DNA of 64,000 nucleotides from Myxococcaceae bacterium (GTDB lineage Bacteria; Myxococcota; Myxococcia; Myxococcales; Myxococcaceae): NCBI GenBank assembly GCA_044223505.1, contig JBGALX010000012.1, positions 26,174 to 90,173 of the forward strand, read 5' to 3'. Shown piece by piece: positions 26,802 to 37,857 of this stretch (position 1 is its first letter; each line of letters starts with the position of its first letter). The notes under the pieces were generated by a model. It saw only the letters and a program-made list of their open reading frames with translations, ran no database searches and was not told where the DNA came from. The position numbers and the translations under genes were made by a program.

Positions 26802-29567
26802 TTACTTCGCCTTCGGCTTGCCGACCTCGTTCATCTCCTTCGTCATCTTGTTCCACTCGGCGTCGGAGATGCCCGTCTCGCCCTTTGCCTGCGCCGCCTT
26901 CGCGTACTTCTCGTAGATGGCGAGCATCTTCTTCGCGTCGGCCGACAAGAGCTGCGAGTTCTCTTTCGCGAACTTCTGCAGGTCCTTCAGCTCGCTCGCG
27001 GCCGCCTGGTTGTCGCTGTCACCCGCGCCCTTCAAGATGGCGTTCTTCAGCTCGGTGCCCGAGATGGAGCCCGCCTTCTTGTTGCCGGCCGCGAGCTTGT
27101 TGAGCTCGGCCGCCATCGTCGAGTCGGCGTACTGGGCCTTGCCCGCGGCCTGCATCTCTTTCTCCATCGTCTTCAGCTCGGAGACGGGGATGCCGGTCTC
27201 ACCCTTCGCGCGGTGCGCCTGGGCGTGCTTCGCGTAGACCTCGAACGCCTTCTTCGCCTCGGGCGACAGCTTGCTGCCGTTCTTGTCGACCCACGCCTTG
27301 ATCTGGTCGAACTCGGGGCCCGCGGCCTTGTTGTCGAGGTCCTTGATGCCGTCCATGATCGCCTTCGACATCTCGGCGCCCGAGATGCTGCCCGCGCCCG
27401 GGTTCGCCTTCGCCAGCGCGTCGAACGCCTTCGTCACGCTCGCGTCCTTCGCCGGAGCCGGAGCCGGAGGAGTCGACGGCTTCTTCGACGCCGCCAGCAT
27501 CTCGGCCTCCATCGTCTTCAGCTCGGAGACGGGGATGCCCGTCTCGCCCTTCGCCTGGTGCGCCTTGGCGTGCTGGGCGTAGATGTCGAACGCCTTCTTC
27601 GCCTCGGGCGACAGCTTGTCGCCGTTCTGCGCGACCCAGTCGGAGATCTGCTTGAACTCGGCGCTCGCGGCCCTGTTGTCGAGGTCCTCGATGCCCGACA
27701 TGATCGCGCGGGTCATCTCTTCGCCCGAGACCGAGCCCTTGCCCTGGTTCGAGGCACCGAGCACGTCGAACGCGGCCTTCACCGTCGCGTCGATCTCAGT
27801 GGCCTGACCGGGGGGCGGCTGCGCCGGCGGCTGCGTGGCCGGAGGCGGCTGCGTGGCCGGAGGCGGCTGCGTGGCCGGGGGCGGCTGCGACGCGGGAGGC
27901 GGCGGCGCCGACGGCGCCTTCGCGTTGCCCATGTCCTTGATGATCTGCTTCCACTCGTTGAGCGGGATGCCCGTCTCACCCTTCGACGCGTGCGCCTGGG
28001 CCGCCTTCTCGTAGATGGCCCACGCCGCCTTCGCCTCGGGCGTCAGCATCTCGCCGTGCTCGGCCATGAACTTCTTCAGGTCGTTGAACTCCTTGCCCGC
28101 GGCCGAGTTGTCGAGGTCGGCGGTGGCCTTCTCGACCGCCGCCGTGAACTCCTTCACGTCGATGGAGCCCGGACCCGAGTTCGCGCCGAGGAGCGCGTTC
28201 ATCGCGTCCATCACGCTCGAGTCGGCGTACTTCGGCGCGCCGGCGGCGGCCATCTCAGTCGCCATCGCGTTGAACTCTGCGAGCGGGATGCCCGTCTCGC
28301 CCTTCGCGGCGTGGGCCTCGGCGTGCTTCGCGTAGACGGCGAACGCCTCCTTCGCCTCAGGCGACAGCAGGTCGCCGTGCTCCGCGACGAACTTCTTCAG
28401 CTGCTGGTACTCGGCGCCGGCTGCGGCGTTGTCGAGGTCCTTCGAGCCCTCGATGGCCGCCTTCACGAACTCGTCGCCCGAGATCGAGCCGGGCCCGCTG
28501 TTCGTCTTGAGCAGCTCGTTGAGCGCCGAGGTCATGCTCGCGTCGGCCGGGCCGGCCGGAGTCCCCGGCGTGGTGGGCGTGGTGCCCGTCGGCGGCGGAG
28601 TCGTCGTCGGAGGCGGCATCGGCTGCGAGCCGCCGTAGCCCCAGTCGAGCGGCAGGTTCGAGTCGACCTCGGACTTGGGGATGTTCGCCCACGGGTCCGA
28701 AGGCTGGGTCGTGCCGGTCTGCGGCGCGGTGGTCGACGACGTCGGCGGAGGCGGAGGAGGAGCCGCAGGCGCCGGAGCCGGAGCCGGAGCAGGCGCCGCC
28801 GGAGCGGGCGCGGGAGCCGGAGGGGCTGCGGGCGGGGGCGGCGCGGCCGGAGGCGGCGGGTTCGCCGCGCGCATCATGTCGCGCACCATGCGGGCGAACT
28901 TGTCCTGCGGGATGCCGGTCATGCCGTCGGCCTTCGAGGCCTCGACCGCCTTCTCGTAGACCGCCCAGACCTTCTTCGCCTCGGGCGACAGGAGCTGGAA
29001 GTTCTCTTTCACCATCTTCTTCAGGTCGGCGAACTCTTTGCCGGCGGCCTGGTTGTCGGTGTCGGAGCAAGCCTTGACGATGGCGTCGGCGAGCTCCTGG
29101 CCCGAGACCGAGCCCTTCGTCTTGTTGTTCTTGAGCAGGTCGTCGACGGCCGCGCCCGACGTCTTGTCGTTGTGCTTCACCGTCGCCGCGCCGCGCATCT
29201 CGCGCTGCATCGCCTGGTAGTCGCGGAAGTCGATGCCCGTCTCACCGGCGCGCTGCGCCTTATGAGCGTGCTTCGCGTAGACCTCGTAGACCTTCTTCGC
29301 TTCGGGCGAGAGCTTGTCGCCGTTCGCGGCGACCCACTTCTTGATGACGTCGAACTCTTTACCGGCCGCCTGCCCGTCGCCGTCGATGGTGCCCTTGGTG
29401 ATGGCGTCCATCATCTCCTGGCCGGAGACCGAGCCGTCGCCGCGGTTGTTCTTCGACAGCTCCTTCATCGCCTTCTGGGCAGAGGTCTCGGCGCGCTCAG
29501 GCCCCTTCGCGATTTCGAGCTTCTTCTGCGCGACGACCTTGTTGTTGCCGACCTGATTCGTAGCCAT
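26802..29567 (-). CDS. Large internally repetitive cytoplasmic protein (~8 x ~110-aa repeats)
   Basis: No signal peptide. Repeat core GSVSGQE..DAI.KG..D.DNQAAGKEF.DLKK.V.EN...LSPEAKK...VY.K.A.A..A.GETGIP. Pro-rich spacers. Lys-rich, which is unusual for this GC level. Confidence 0.7.
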   Translation of the reverse strand: MATNQVGNNKVVAQKKLEIAKGPERAETSAQKAMKELSKNNRGDGSVSGQEMMDAITKGTIDGDGQAAGKEFDVIKKWVAANGDKLSPEAKKVYEVYAKHAHKAQRAGETGIDFRDYQAMQREMRGAATVKHNDKTSGAAVDDLLKNNKTKGSVSGQELADAIVKACSDTDNQAAGKEFADLKKMVKENFQLLSPEAKKVWAVYEKAVEASKADGMTGIPQDKFARMVRDMMRAANPPPPAAPPPPAAPPAPAPAPAAPAPAPAPAPAAPPPPPPTSSTTAPQTGTTQPSDPWANIPKSEVDSNLPLDWGYGGSQPMPPPTTTPPPTGTTPTTPGTPAGPADASMTSALNELLKTNSGPGSISGDEFVKAAIEGSKDLDNAAAGAEYQQLKKFVAEHGDLLSPEAKEAFAVYAKHAEAHAAKGETGIPLAEFNAMATEMAAAGAPKYADSSVMDAMNALLGANSGPGSIDVKEFTAAVEKATADLDNSAAGKEFNDLKKFMAEHGEMLTPEAKAAWAIYEKAAQAHASKGETGIPLNEWKQIIKDMGNAKAPSAPPPPASQPPPATQPPPATQPPPATQPPAQPPPGQATEIDATVKAAFDVLGASNQGKGSVSGEEMTRAIMSGIEDLDNRAASAEFKQISDWVAQNGDKLSPEAKKAFDIYAQHAKAHQAKGETGIPVSELKTMEAEMLAASKKPSTPPAPAPAKDASVTKAFDALAKANPGAGSISGAEMSKAIMDGIKDLDNKAAGPEFDQIKAWVDKNGSKLSPEAKKAFEVYAKHAQAHRAKGETGIPVSELKTMEKEMQAAGKAQYADSTMAAELNKLAAGNKKAGSISGTELKNAILKGAGDSDNQAAASELKDLQKFAKENSQLLSADAKKMLAIYEKYAKAAQAKGETGISDAEWNKMTKEMNEVGKPKAK

Positions 29568-29729
29568 TTGAGTGTTTTCCCCTTGAGATTGAACGCAGCG
29601 GGTGCGGAGTGAATCGATTTTCAGCTGAAGCCCCGTGTGGTTGCGAGTCTTCGTTGAGGAGGCTGAGCCTACTCACACCTACCACGGCGATCAGGGCACA
29701 TTCGCGATCGGGGTGTGGACTGCCGAGTC

Positions 29730-30731
<1,002 letters not shown>

Positions 30732-30763
30732 TGCTGGGGTGTTTAACGTATGCTGCGGGCCCT

Positions 30764-32188
30764 GTGCACAGGCATCTTCGCCTGATCTTCGCCGCCGCCC
30801 TCGCGGCGGCCTGCGGCGGCAAGACGGGTACGAGCACCGGCCTCGAAGTCACGGTGCAGTACACGCTCCTCTCGCCCGGCGATGGGTGCATTCGCCTCGA
30901 GGCCACGCCCGCCGGTGGCAAGGCCGTCAGCGACGACGTCGACCTGAAGGGTCGGCCGCGCTCGGGCGAGGTCACCTACGGCGTCGGGCAGGCGCCCGGC
31001 TGGCCCCGACAGGTGATGCTGTTCGCCACGCTCCACGCCGGCACGTGCGACGACCCGGCCGTGAAGTCCACCGTGCAGGAGGCCACATTCCCTGCGGCCA
31101 GCGTCGACAGGGTCACCCTCGAGCTGCGCGAGACCGCCGGCGACGGCGGCATGGCGGGAGGCGCCGGCGGCGGCTCGGGTGCGGCCGGCGGAGCGACCGC
31201 CGGTGGTGGAGCGACCGCAGGCGGAGGCACCGCTGGCGGAAGCACCGCCGGCGGCGGTACTGCCGGTGGAGCGACCGCGGGTGGCGCGACTGCGGGTGGC
31301 GCGACTGCGGGTGGCGGCACTGCGGGTGGAGCGACGGCGGGTGGCGCGACTGCGGGTGGCGCGACTGCGGGTGGCGGCACTGCGGGTGGCGGCACGGCAG
31401 GCGGCGGCACGGCAGGCGGCGGCACGGCAGGCGGCGGCACGGCAGGCGGCGGCACGGCAGGCGGCGGCACGGCAGGCGGCGGCACGGCAGGCGGCGGCAC
31501 TGCGGGCGGCGCGGCGGCCACGTTCTGCACTGGCGCGAACCTGATGGGCTGTTGGGTGATGAACGAAGGCAGCGGCACGATGGTGAACGACGGCTCTGGC
31601 AATGCGAATCACGGCGTTCTGACGGGCCCGGGCTGGGTGCAGACCGATGCGGGCATGGCGCTCCGGTTCGACGGCGGCTCGGATCAAGCGGTCGCAGTGC
31701 CCGACAGCGACTCGCTGACGTCTGCCACGAGCCTGACCATCGAAGCGTGGATCCGGCCGAGCGCCGCGGGCGTCGACGGGGCGATCGATCGCATCGTCGA
31801 CAAGGGGCTCGACAACGAATACATGTTCGGCATCGGCGGCATGGGCGGCCAGCTCGAGGCGAGCTTCAACGGCTCCAACCGCTTCGCCGGCAATGGCAAC
31901 ACGGTCACCGTGGGTGCGTGGCAGCACGTCGGCGTGACGTGGACCTCGCCCAGCGCTCCGGTGTTCTGGCTCGACGGCGTCGTGCTCGGGACGGGGAATC
32001 CCGGTGTCAACCAGACCTTGGGGAACACGAACGAGAACCTGCTCATCGGCAACTCGACGACTTCACCGAGCACGAGCACGCGTTTCCAGGGTGACATGAA
32101 CCGCGTGCGCATCTACGGCCGCGCCAAGTCGGCCGCAGAGATGTGCGCCGCCGCCGGCCGCATGTGGACCGGCGCGGCCTGCCAGTAG
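30764..32188 (+). CDS. Lipoprotein with (GGTAGG)n linker and LamG/concanavalin-A-like C-terminal domain
   Basis: Lipobox [10 protein letters not shown] 15-bp perfect tandem DNA repeat encodes the GGTAGG repeats. C-terminal lectin/glucanase-like domain ([10 protein letters not shown]...DMNRVRIY). Confidence 0.6.
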   Translation: MHRHLRLIFAAALAAACGGKTGTSTGLEVTVQYTLLSPGDGCIRLEATPAGGKAVSDDVDLKGRPRSGEVTYGVGQAPGWPRQVMLFATLHAGTCDDPAVKSTVQEATFPAASVDRVTLELRETAGDGGMAGGAGGGSGAAGGATAGGGATAGGGTAGGSTAGGGTAGGATAGGATAGGATAGGGTAGGATAGGATAGGATAGGGTAGGGTAGGGTAGGGTAGGGTAGGGTAGGGTAGGGTAGGGTAGGAAATFCTGANLMGCWVMNEGSGTMVNDGSGNANHGVLTGPGWVQTDAGMALRFDGGSDQAVAVPDSDSLTSATSLTIEAWIRPSAAGVDGAIDRIVDKGLDNEYMFGIGGMGGQLEASFNGSNRFAGNGNTVTVGAWQHVGVTWTSPSAPVFWLDGVVLGTGNPGVNQTLGNTNENLLIGNSTTSPSTSTRFQGDMNRVRIYGRAKSAAEMCAAAGRMWTGAACQ

Positions 32189-32202
32189 TACGAGCCCAGG
32201 CG

Positions 32203-33369
32203 ATGCCCGTGACCGCGCTCGACAGGGTTGCACGCGTGCGCCGCGGCCCGGGCCCCGAGGGCAGCGAGCCGCTGCTCGTCCGCTCCCAGCGCGCGCGGGT
32301 CGACGCGCTGTTCCGCACGCTGCCGAAGGCGAAGGCGCAGGCGGTGCAGAAGCTGGTGCGGTCGGTGCCGGCCGGGGCCGCGCAGGCGCTCCTGCTCAAG
32401 GCCATCTCGGTGCGCGCGCCGCGCCTCGACACCGACGAGCGGTCGCTGAAGGTGCTCGAGCGCTTCGCCGCCGAGCTGAAGGCGACGCCGCCGTCGAAGC
32501 TGCTCCAGCGCGCGAGCGTGCTCGACCTCGACTCGCGCGTGAGCACGTCGAACGTCGACCTCACCCCGCTGTGGGAGAAGCGCGGCACCGTTCGCGCGAA
32601 GGCCGGCGACGGGGCGGCGGCCGACAACGACGGGCTCTTGCAGCGCTTCACCGCCACGTGCGGGCCGACCGTCATTCAGATGCTGCGCGCGCAGGCCGAC
32701 CCGGTGCTCGCCTTCGCCATCACGAGAGAGGGCCTGCAGCGCGACGCCATCACCGGCGAGACGGCGCGCTTTCAGCGCCGCCTGCTCGAAGAGTTCGGCG
32801 GCATCGCCGTCGGCCGCCGCGAGTCGTACGTGATGGCGCGGCTCAACAACGCGCTCGCGCGGCTCGGGCGGCCCGACCGGTCGCTGTCGGCCGCGAACGT
32901 CGCCGCGGTGCGAAAGGCGTACGACGGTTTCCCCTCGGAAGAGGACCTGCGGCGCGTGAAGGGCGCGGTGGTGCCGAAGCGCGACGAGGGCATCGCGTTC
33001 GACCAGTTCCAGAAGATGCTCGACCGGTACGTCACGCCGCTCACGGGCGTGCGGTACGCGCAGACGGCGCCGGCCGAGGGCTTCGCGCGCGGGCAGGCGT
33101 GGCGGCACATCGACGCCGTCGCGCGCGCGGTGAACGCCGGGCACGACGTGCCGTTCGGGCTCTGCGAGCCCGCTCACTGGATGCTGATCAGCGACGTGCG
33201 CGGGCGCGCTCCTTCGCGCGAGCTGCTGGTGTCCGACCCCGACGGCGGCCGCACCGCGTGGGTGAACGAGAAGGCGTTCGTCGACGGCTCGTTCGCCGAC
33301 CAGCCGTTCAAGCTGCCGAAGCCCGGCGAGCGGCCGTACGTCGACAGCTTCTACCTGCCGCGCGCGTGA
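32203..33369 (+). CDS. Hypothetical protein
   Basis: 388-aa ORF from ATG 32203 with coherent composition; no recognisable motifs. Confidence 0.45.
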   Translation: MPVTALDRVARVRRGPGPEGSEPLLVRSQRARVDALFRTLPKAKAQAVQKLVRSVPAGAAQALLLKAISVRAPRLDTDERSLKVLERFAAELKATPPSKLLQRASVLDLDSRVSTSNVDLTPLWEKRGTVRAKAGDGAAADNDGLLQRFTATCGPTVIQMLRAQADPVLAFAITREGLQRDAITGETARFQRRLLEEFGGIAVGRRESYVMARLNNALARLGRPDRSLSAANVAAVRKAYDGFPSEEDLRRVKGAVVPKRDEGIAFDQFQKMLDRYVTPLTGVRYAQTAPAEGFARGQAWRHIDAVARAVNAGHDVPFGLCEPAHWMLISDVRGRAPSRELLVSDPDGGRTAWVNEKAFVDGSFADQPFKLPKPGERPYVDSFYLPRA

Positions 33370-33372
33370 CGC

Positions 33373-34083
33373 TCAGGGCGGCAGCGGCGGGGCGACCGCG
33401 GCCGGCGAGCCCAGCTCGCGCCCGACGAAGTCGACGAGGTAGCGCTCGAGGCGCTGCTCGGTCGCGCTGAAGATCTCGTACGACTCCTCGGTGCCGCCCG
33501 TCCACGCGGTCATGCCCTCCGACGCGTGCAGCCGCACCGTCTTCGGCGGGAAACCGCGCACGGTCGTCGTCACGTCGACCACGAGGTGCACCCAGGTCGC
33601 GAGGTAGAGGTCGAGCCACACGTGCCGCACCACCGCCTCGATGACGAGGTCTGCGTCACCGGGCGCCGCGACGAGCTTCGCGCCCTGCGCCTCGAGCGAC
33701 AGCTTCGCCGCCTGCTGGAGCCACTCGGCTGGCGGGTTCACCGAGTGAACGTCTTTGATGGGGATGCCGAAGGCGTTGCGCTTGTGGCCGACGCGGTGCC
33801 ACTGCGCCTGCGGCACCTTCTCTTCGAGGGCGTCGCGCTCTTTCTCCCACGCGTCGCGCTGCTCCGACGTGAGCTCGACACGCTGAAAGCCTCTGGGCTC
33901 GGGCAGCGGCACCGACTTGTCGTCGCTCCACTCGTCGACGCGCTGGTCGCCGAACGGCGCCACGTACACCGTGCGGCCCTCGATGCCGGGCCGCTTCGGC
34001 GCGGTCGCCGCGTACTTCTTGAGCAGCAGCGGGTGGCTGCACCCGGCCACGGCGAGCGCCGCGGCCAGCGTCACCCACCTCAC
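33373..34083 (-). CDS. Hypothetical lipoprotein
   Basis: Lipobox LAAALAVAGCS. Confidence 0.5.
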   Translation of the reverse strand: MRWVTLAAALAVAGCSHPLLLKKYAATAPKRPGIEGRTVYVAPFGDQRVDEWSDDKSVPLPEPRGFQRVELTSEQRDAWEKERDALEEKVPQAQWHRVGHKRNAFGIPIKDVHSVNPPAEWLQQAAKLSLEAQGAKLVAAPGDADLVIEAVVRHVWLDLYLATWVHLVVDVTTTVRGFPPKTVRLHASEGMTAWTGGTEESYEIFSATEQRLERYLVDFVGRELGSPAAVAPPLPP

Positions 34084-34940
34084 GACGCACGCCGACGGCG
34101 GAGCACTCCGCCCAGCGCCACCAACGCGAGGAGCGCCGCACCCGCGCCGCCCCCGCTGCAGGCGCAGCCGCCTTCGTCGACGCCGCCCGCGCCTGCCGTG
34201 CTGCCTGCGCTGCCCGAGCCGCCTGCGGTGCCGGTGCCGCCCGCGGTCGCGCCGGTGCCGCCCGCGGTCGCGCCGGTGCCGCCTGCGGTCGCGCCCGTGC
34301 CGCCCGCGCTGCCCGAGCCGCCGGCCGTGGCGCCGGTGCCTCCGGCGGTGCCGCTGCCTCCGCCGGCGCCGCTGCCACCGACGATGTTCACCTTCGCGCA
34401 GTGGTAATAGAAGCAGGGCTCAGCGTGCGGCGTCATGAACTCGACGACCTGCAGCCAGCAGTTGGTGCAGTTCTGGTTCGGTACGGTGATGTTGATGGTC
34501 TGCGGCCCGGGGAAGGGCTGGGCCTGCGTGTGCTGGAGCTGGCCATCGAGCAGCACGGGCGCGACGACGGCGGGGGGCGTGCGACTCGCGCAGCCTGCGG
34601 CGGCGGTCGGCGCGGGGATCATCGCGGGGTCCTGCGCGAGCGCGACGCGGTAGTGGCCGCCGTGCGTGACCGTCTCTTGAATGCGCACGCCGTAGGTCGA
34701 GCCCGCCTGCAGCGTCGTCACGATGTTCGATTGAACGACGGTGCCCATCTGGCCGGCGCTCGGGCCGCACGGGTTCACCTTCTGCGCCTCGGGCACGATG
34801 ACCGTGCCGCCCGAGTTCACCGGGTCGCCCACGTTGTCGACGCGCAGCCAGTCGATGGTGCCACCATCGGGCAGGAGGAAGCGGAAGTGCGCCGCCGCCG
34901 GGAGTGATGCGAGCAGTACGGCGAGAATGAGGGGTCTCAT
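34080..34940 (-). CDS. Secreted protein with (GGTAGG)n linker and MYXO-CTERM
   Basis: Signal peptide MRPLILAVLLASLPAAA, so the mature N-terminus begins with His. C-terminus GGCACSGGGAGAALLALVALGGVLRRRRAS. Confidence 0.6.
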   Translation of the reverse strand: MRPLILAVLLASLPAAAHFRFLLPDGGTIDWLRVDNVGDPVNSGGTVIVPEAQKVNPCGPSAGQMGTVVQSNIVTTLQAGSTYGVRIQETVTHGGHYRVALAQDPAMIPAPTAAAGCASRTPPAVVAPVLLDGQLQHTQAQPFPGPQTINITVPNQNCTNCWLQVVEFMTPHAEPCFYYHCAKVNIVGGSGAGGGSGTAGGTGATAGGSGSAGGTGATAGGTGATAGGTGATAGGTGTAGGSGSAGSTAGAGGVDEGGCACSGGGAGAALLALVALGGVLRRRRAS

Positions 34941-34967
34941 GCGCGGCGACTCTAGGCCGCGACTGCG

Positions 34968-35822
34968 TCACTTCGCGAGCAGCGGCTGCACGAAGGCCTC
35001 GAGGCTGGCGTTGCCCTTCGCGAGCGCCGCGAGCTCGGCGTGCATCTGCTTGAGCTGGCCGTCGACGAGCGGCTGCGCCTTCGCGGCGTCGGGGTGGCCG
35101 AGCACGTTCGCGGTCGCGGCCGAGAACTTCGCAGAGAGGCTGATCAGCTCGCGGGCGCCGGCGGCTCCGGCTTCGGCGGCGTGAACGGCGGCAGCGCCGA
35201 GGCGCAGGCCGTACTCGCCCATGCGCGTCGCGGCCGAAGACGTCGTGAGCGCGGCGGCCTTCGCGAGGCTGCCGGCGACTCCGGCGGCGTTGCCCGCGGC
35301 GAGCGTGAGGCTGCCGCTGCCGCCCGAGAGGTGCCAGAGCGCTTCGCCGTACGCGGCCCACGCGGCGTTCATCGTGTCGGCGCTGCGCTGGAGCTTCGCA
35401 GCCGCCTTGCCGAACGTGCGCTCGGCGAAGCGCTGGCCCGTCGGGTCGCCCTGCAGCTCGCGAGCGGTGACCTGCTTCGTGTCGCCGAAGACGCGGGGCA
35501 GGGTCTCGACGATGGCGCCGAAGCCGCGCGCGACGCCACGCGAGACCTCGCGCCCGCCCGGCTGCATGCCGTCGATGACCCAGCCGCTGACTCCGGCCGT
35601 GAGGTACGCGCCGGCGGCGGCGGCCTGCGCGCCGGCGGCCGCGGCGTCGCTGACCGTCTCGACGAACTTCGAGGTGGCGAACACGGCGTTCGCGGCCGAG
35701 TCGGTGCCGGTCACGGGTTGCTGAGCGGCCGACTCTTTGAGGCTCTCGGCGGCCTTGGTGAGGTTCTGGGACAGCTTCTCGAGGTTGGTGGCCGTCGACG
35801 GCCCGCCCTTGATGGTGGTCAT
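34968..35822 (-). CDS. Hypothetical Ala-rich protein
   Basis: 284-aa ORF with no signal peptide, located just downstream of the SCP2 gene. Confidence 0.45.
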   Translation of the reverse strand: MTTIKGGPSTATNLEKLSQNLTKAAESLKESAAQQPVTGTDSAANAVFATSKFVETVSDAAAAGAQAAAAGAYLTAGVSGWVIDGMQPGGREVSRGVARGFGAIVETLPRVFGDTKQVTARELQGDPTGQRFAERTFGKAAAKLQRSADTMNAAWAAYGEALWHLSGGSGSLTLAAGNAAGVAGSLAKAAALTTSSAATRMGEYGLRLGAAAVHAAEAGAAGARELISLSAKFSAATANVLGHPDAAKAQPLVDGQLKQMHAELAALAKGNASLEAFVQPLLAK

Positions 35823-35823
35823 C

Positions 35824-36186
35824 TCAGTACTCCATGGTCCGGGGCTCGAGCAGCGTCGCGAAGCTCGCGAGGACGGGGAGCTGGCCTTCGAAGCGCATGC
35901 GGCCGCCGCGAATGGCGCGCTCGATGTCGAGGCGGTTCATCATCATCGCCTGGAAGTCGCCGCGATCCATCTCGAGGTAGAGGTCGGCGCTCTTGGTGCC
36001 GCCCTGCTGCACGGTGCCGGCCTTCAGGTTGATGGTCCACGCGCTGCGGACCTCGCCGAACAGGTGAATCTCGCAGACGCCCTCGAGGCTCATGCGCTGC
36101 GTCGCCGTGGCCTTCAAGATTTGAGGGACGATCTCGTCGAAGAACTGCTCGGGAGTGATGCTCTCGGCTGCCTGCCTCTCGGTCAT
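35824..36186 (-). CDS. SCP2 sterol-binding domain protein
   Basis: MTERQAAESITPEQFFDEIVPQILK...GGRMRFEG follows the SCP2 pattern. Confidence 0.6.
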   Translation of the reverse strand: MTERQAAESITPEQFFDEIVPQILKATATQRMSLEGVCEIHLFGEVRSAWTINLKAGTVQQGGTKSADLYLEMDRGDFQAMMMNRLDIERAIRGGRMRFEGQLPVLASFATLLEPRTMEY

Positions 36187-36262
36187 CGTCCGCTGTTCCC
36201 CAAGGTGTCCGCCGCTTTTCCCAGCAGAAGCCCACGAACGCAAGAGTCGCCAAGACTCAATC

Positions 36263-37627
36263 TCACAAGCCGAAGCGCGTCTGCGCGATGAGCGTCGAGA
36301 CGTCGTCGCCGAAGAACGCGTCGAGGTTCGCGAGGGCCTCGGGAGCGCTCTCACCACCGAACGCGCAGCGCGCGGCGGCCTCGGCGTCGGCGAGGGGCGG
36401 GTTGCAGAAGCTGTCGCGCCAGTGCGACACCAGCGCGGCGAGCAGCTTCGCGTGCGACGCCTTGCGCACGCGCGAGTCCCACTCGGAGCGCGACGACAGG
36501 TGCGCCCGCTCGGGAGCGAGCCCCGCGGGCGCCAGGCCGGCGTGCGTGAAGCCCGTCTCGACCTTCTCGTCGCGCAGCACGGTGCCGAGCACCGCCGCGT
36601 AGGGCCGCAGGTCGACGAACATGCTCACGTGGGCGCGCAGCTCGGCGCGCGACTCGGTGGCCGGGTAGTCTTGCTGGTGCGGCTCGCTGCGGTACTCGGT
36701 GACGGTCTGCGGCTGGCTGCGGTACTGCGTGACGGGGCGGCTGCCGGTGCACACGCTGCGCCCGCAGGGGTACGAGTAGTACTGGTAGGCGGTGTACGGC
36801 ACCTGCGACCAGCGCGTCGTCTGGTACGGCACCGTCACGGTCCACCGGGCGGTGCGGGTGACGGTGCGGTCGGAGTAGCTGGCGTCGAGCTGGCCGCTGA
36901 CCTGAAGGCTCGCGTGCTGGGCAGAGCCTCTCCACGCCCACGGCGAGTCGTCGAAGGCCTGGGTCATCGTCACGGGCCAGGGGCCGCTCGCTCCGCGGAC
37001 GGAGTCTTCGACGCGCGGGGAGGCCGAGAAGAGGGGCAGCTCGGGCACGTCGGGCGTCACGTCGCGGCCGCCGGTGCGGCAGTACGCGCGGGTGAGGGCG
37101 CCGAGGAAGGGCGTCTTCACCGTGGCGAGGAGCCGGTCGCAGCGCGCCGAGACCGAGCGCGACCACTCGGCCTGCAGCGCGAGCTCGAGCGGCTGGAAGC
37201 GGGGGTGCGGCAGGAGCGTGTGCAGCGACGAGCGGAAGGCGACCTCGCGCAGCGGGCCCGAGGCCTCGAGGCGGGCGCCGAGGTCTTCGAGCCAGGCCGA
37301 GCCGAGGAGGTCGAGCTCGGTGGCTCCGGTGCCGGGGCGCGACCATGCGTCGGCGAGGGTGAAGGCGCGGCCGAGCGCGGCGGCGGCGTCGGGGAAGCGG
37401 CGGTCGCGGGTGGCCTCGCCGGTCTCTTGGAGCAGCGAGGTGAGCGCCTGGGTGCGGGCGTCGTCGCGGCGGGCGACGGCCTCGGCGTCTTGGGGGTCAT
37501 CGGCGACGGCCTCGTCGAAGGCGGCGACGGCGCCGAAGTAGTCGCGCTGCTCGTAGAGCTCGTTGCCGCGCCGCAGGGCGAGGCTGCAGGAGCAGAAGAG
37601 AAAGACGAGGCAGAGGCGGCGAAGCAC
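36263..37627 (-). CDS. Hypothetical secreted protein (TPR-like N-terminus, Tyr/Gln/Thr-rich C-terminus)
   Basis: GTG start gives VLRRLCLVFLFCSCSLA (signal/lipobox-like). Confidence 0.45.
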   Translation of the reverse strand: MLRRLCLVFLFCSCSLALRRGNELYEQRDYFGAVAAFDEAVADDPQDAEAVARRDDARTQALTSLLQETGEATRDRRFPDAAAALGRAFTLADAWSRPGTGATELDLLGSAWLEDLGARLEASGPLREVAFRSSLHTLLPHPRFQPLELALQAEWSRSVSARCDRLLATVKTPFLGALTRAYCRTGGRDVTPDVPELPLFSASPRVEDSVRGASGPWPVTMTQAFDDSPWAWRGSAQHASLQVSGQLDASYSDRTVTRTARWTVTVPYQTTRWSQVPYTAYQYYSYPCGRSVCTGSRPVTQYRSQPQTVTEYRSEPHQQDYPATESRAELRAHVSMFVDLRPYAAVLGTVLRDEKVETGFTHAGLAPAGLAPERAHLSSRSEWDSRVRKASHAKLLAALVSHWRDSFCNPPLADAEAAARCAFGGESAPEALANLDAFFGDDVSTLIAQTRFGL

Positions 37628-37857
37628 TTCGGATCCGAATTTAGCGCCTGAATTATCTCCGAACAGGTGGTGCGCGCGGCTGTCGCAGGGGCTCTGCAGC
37701 GAGCGCAGATCGCTCACGCAATGCGTGCGGTTGGCTGCAAACGAAGTTGACGCCGTGGATTCTCGATTCCCGAGACGGAACACGAGCGCGAGAGCACTGA
37801 GAATTCTCTTCGGAAACGCGCTTCTTTGAAGGGGAAAGCGCTGACGGAGCCCTCACC

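Noticed and set aside
29568-29729. Lower-GC 160-bp gap between the MoxR and repeat-protein genes as a possible ncRNA
   Set aside because: It is short and has no conserved structure that I can recognise. More parsimoniously it is the promoter/5'UTR of the repeat-protein gene.
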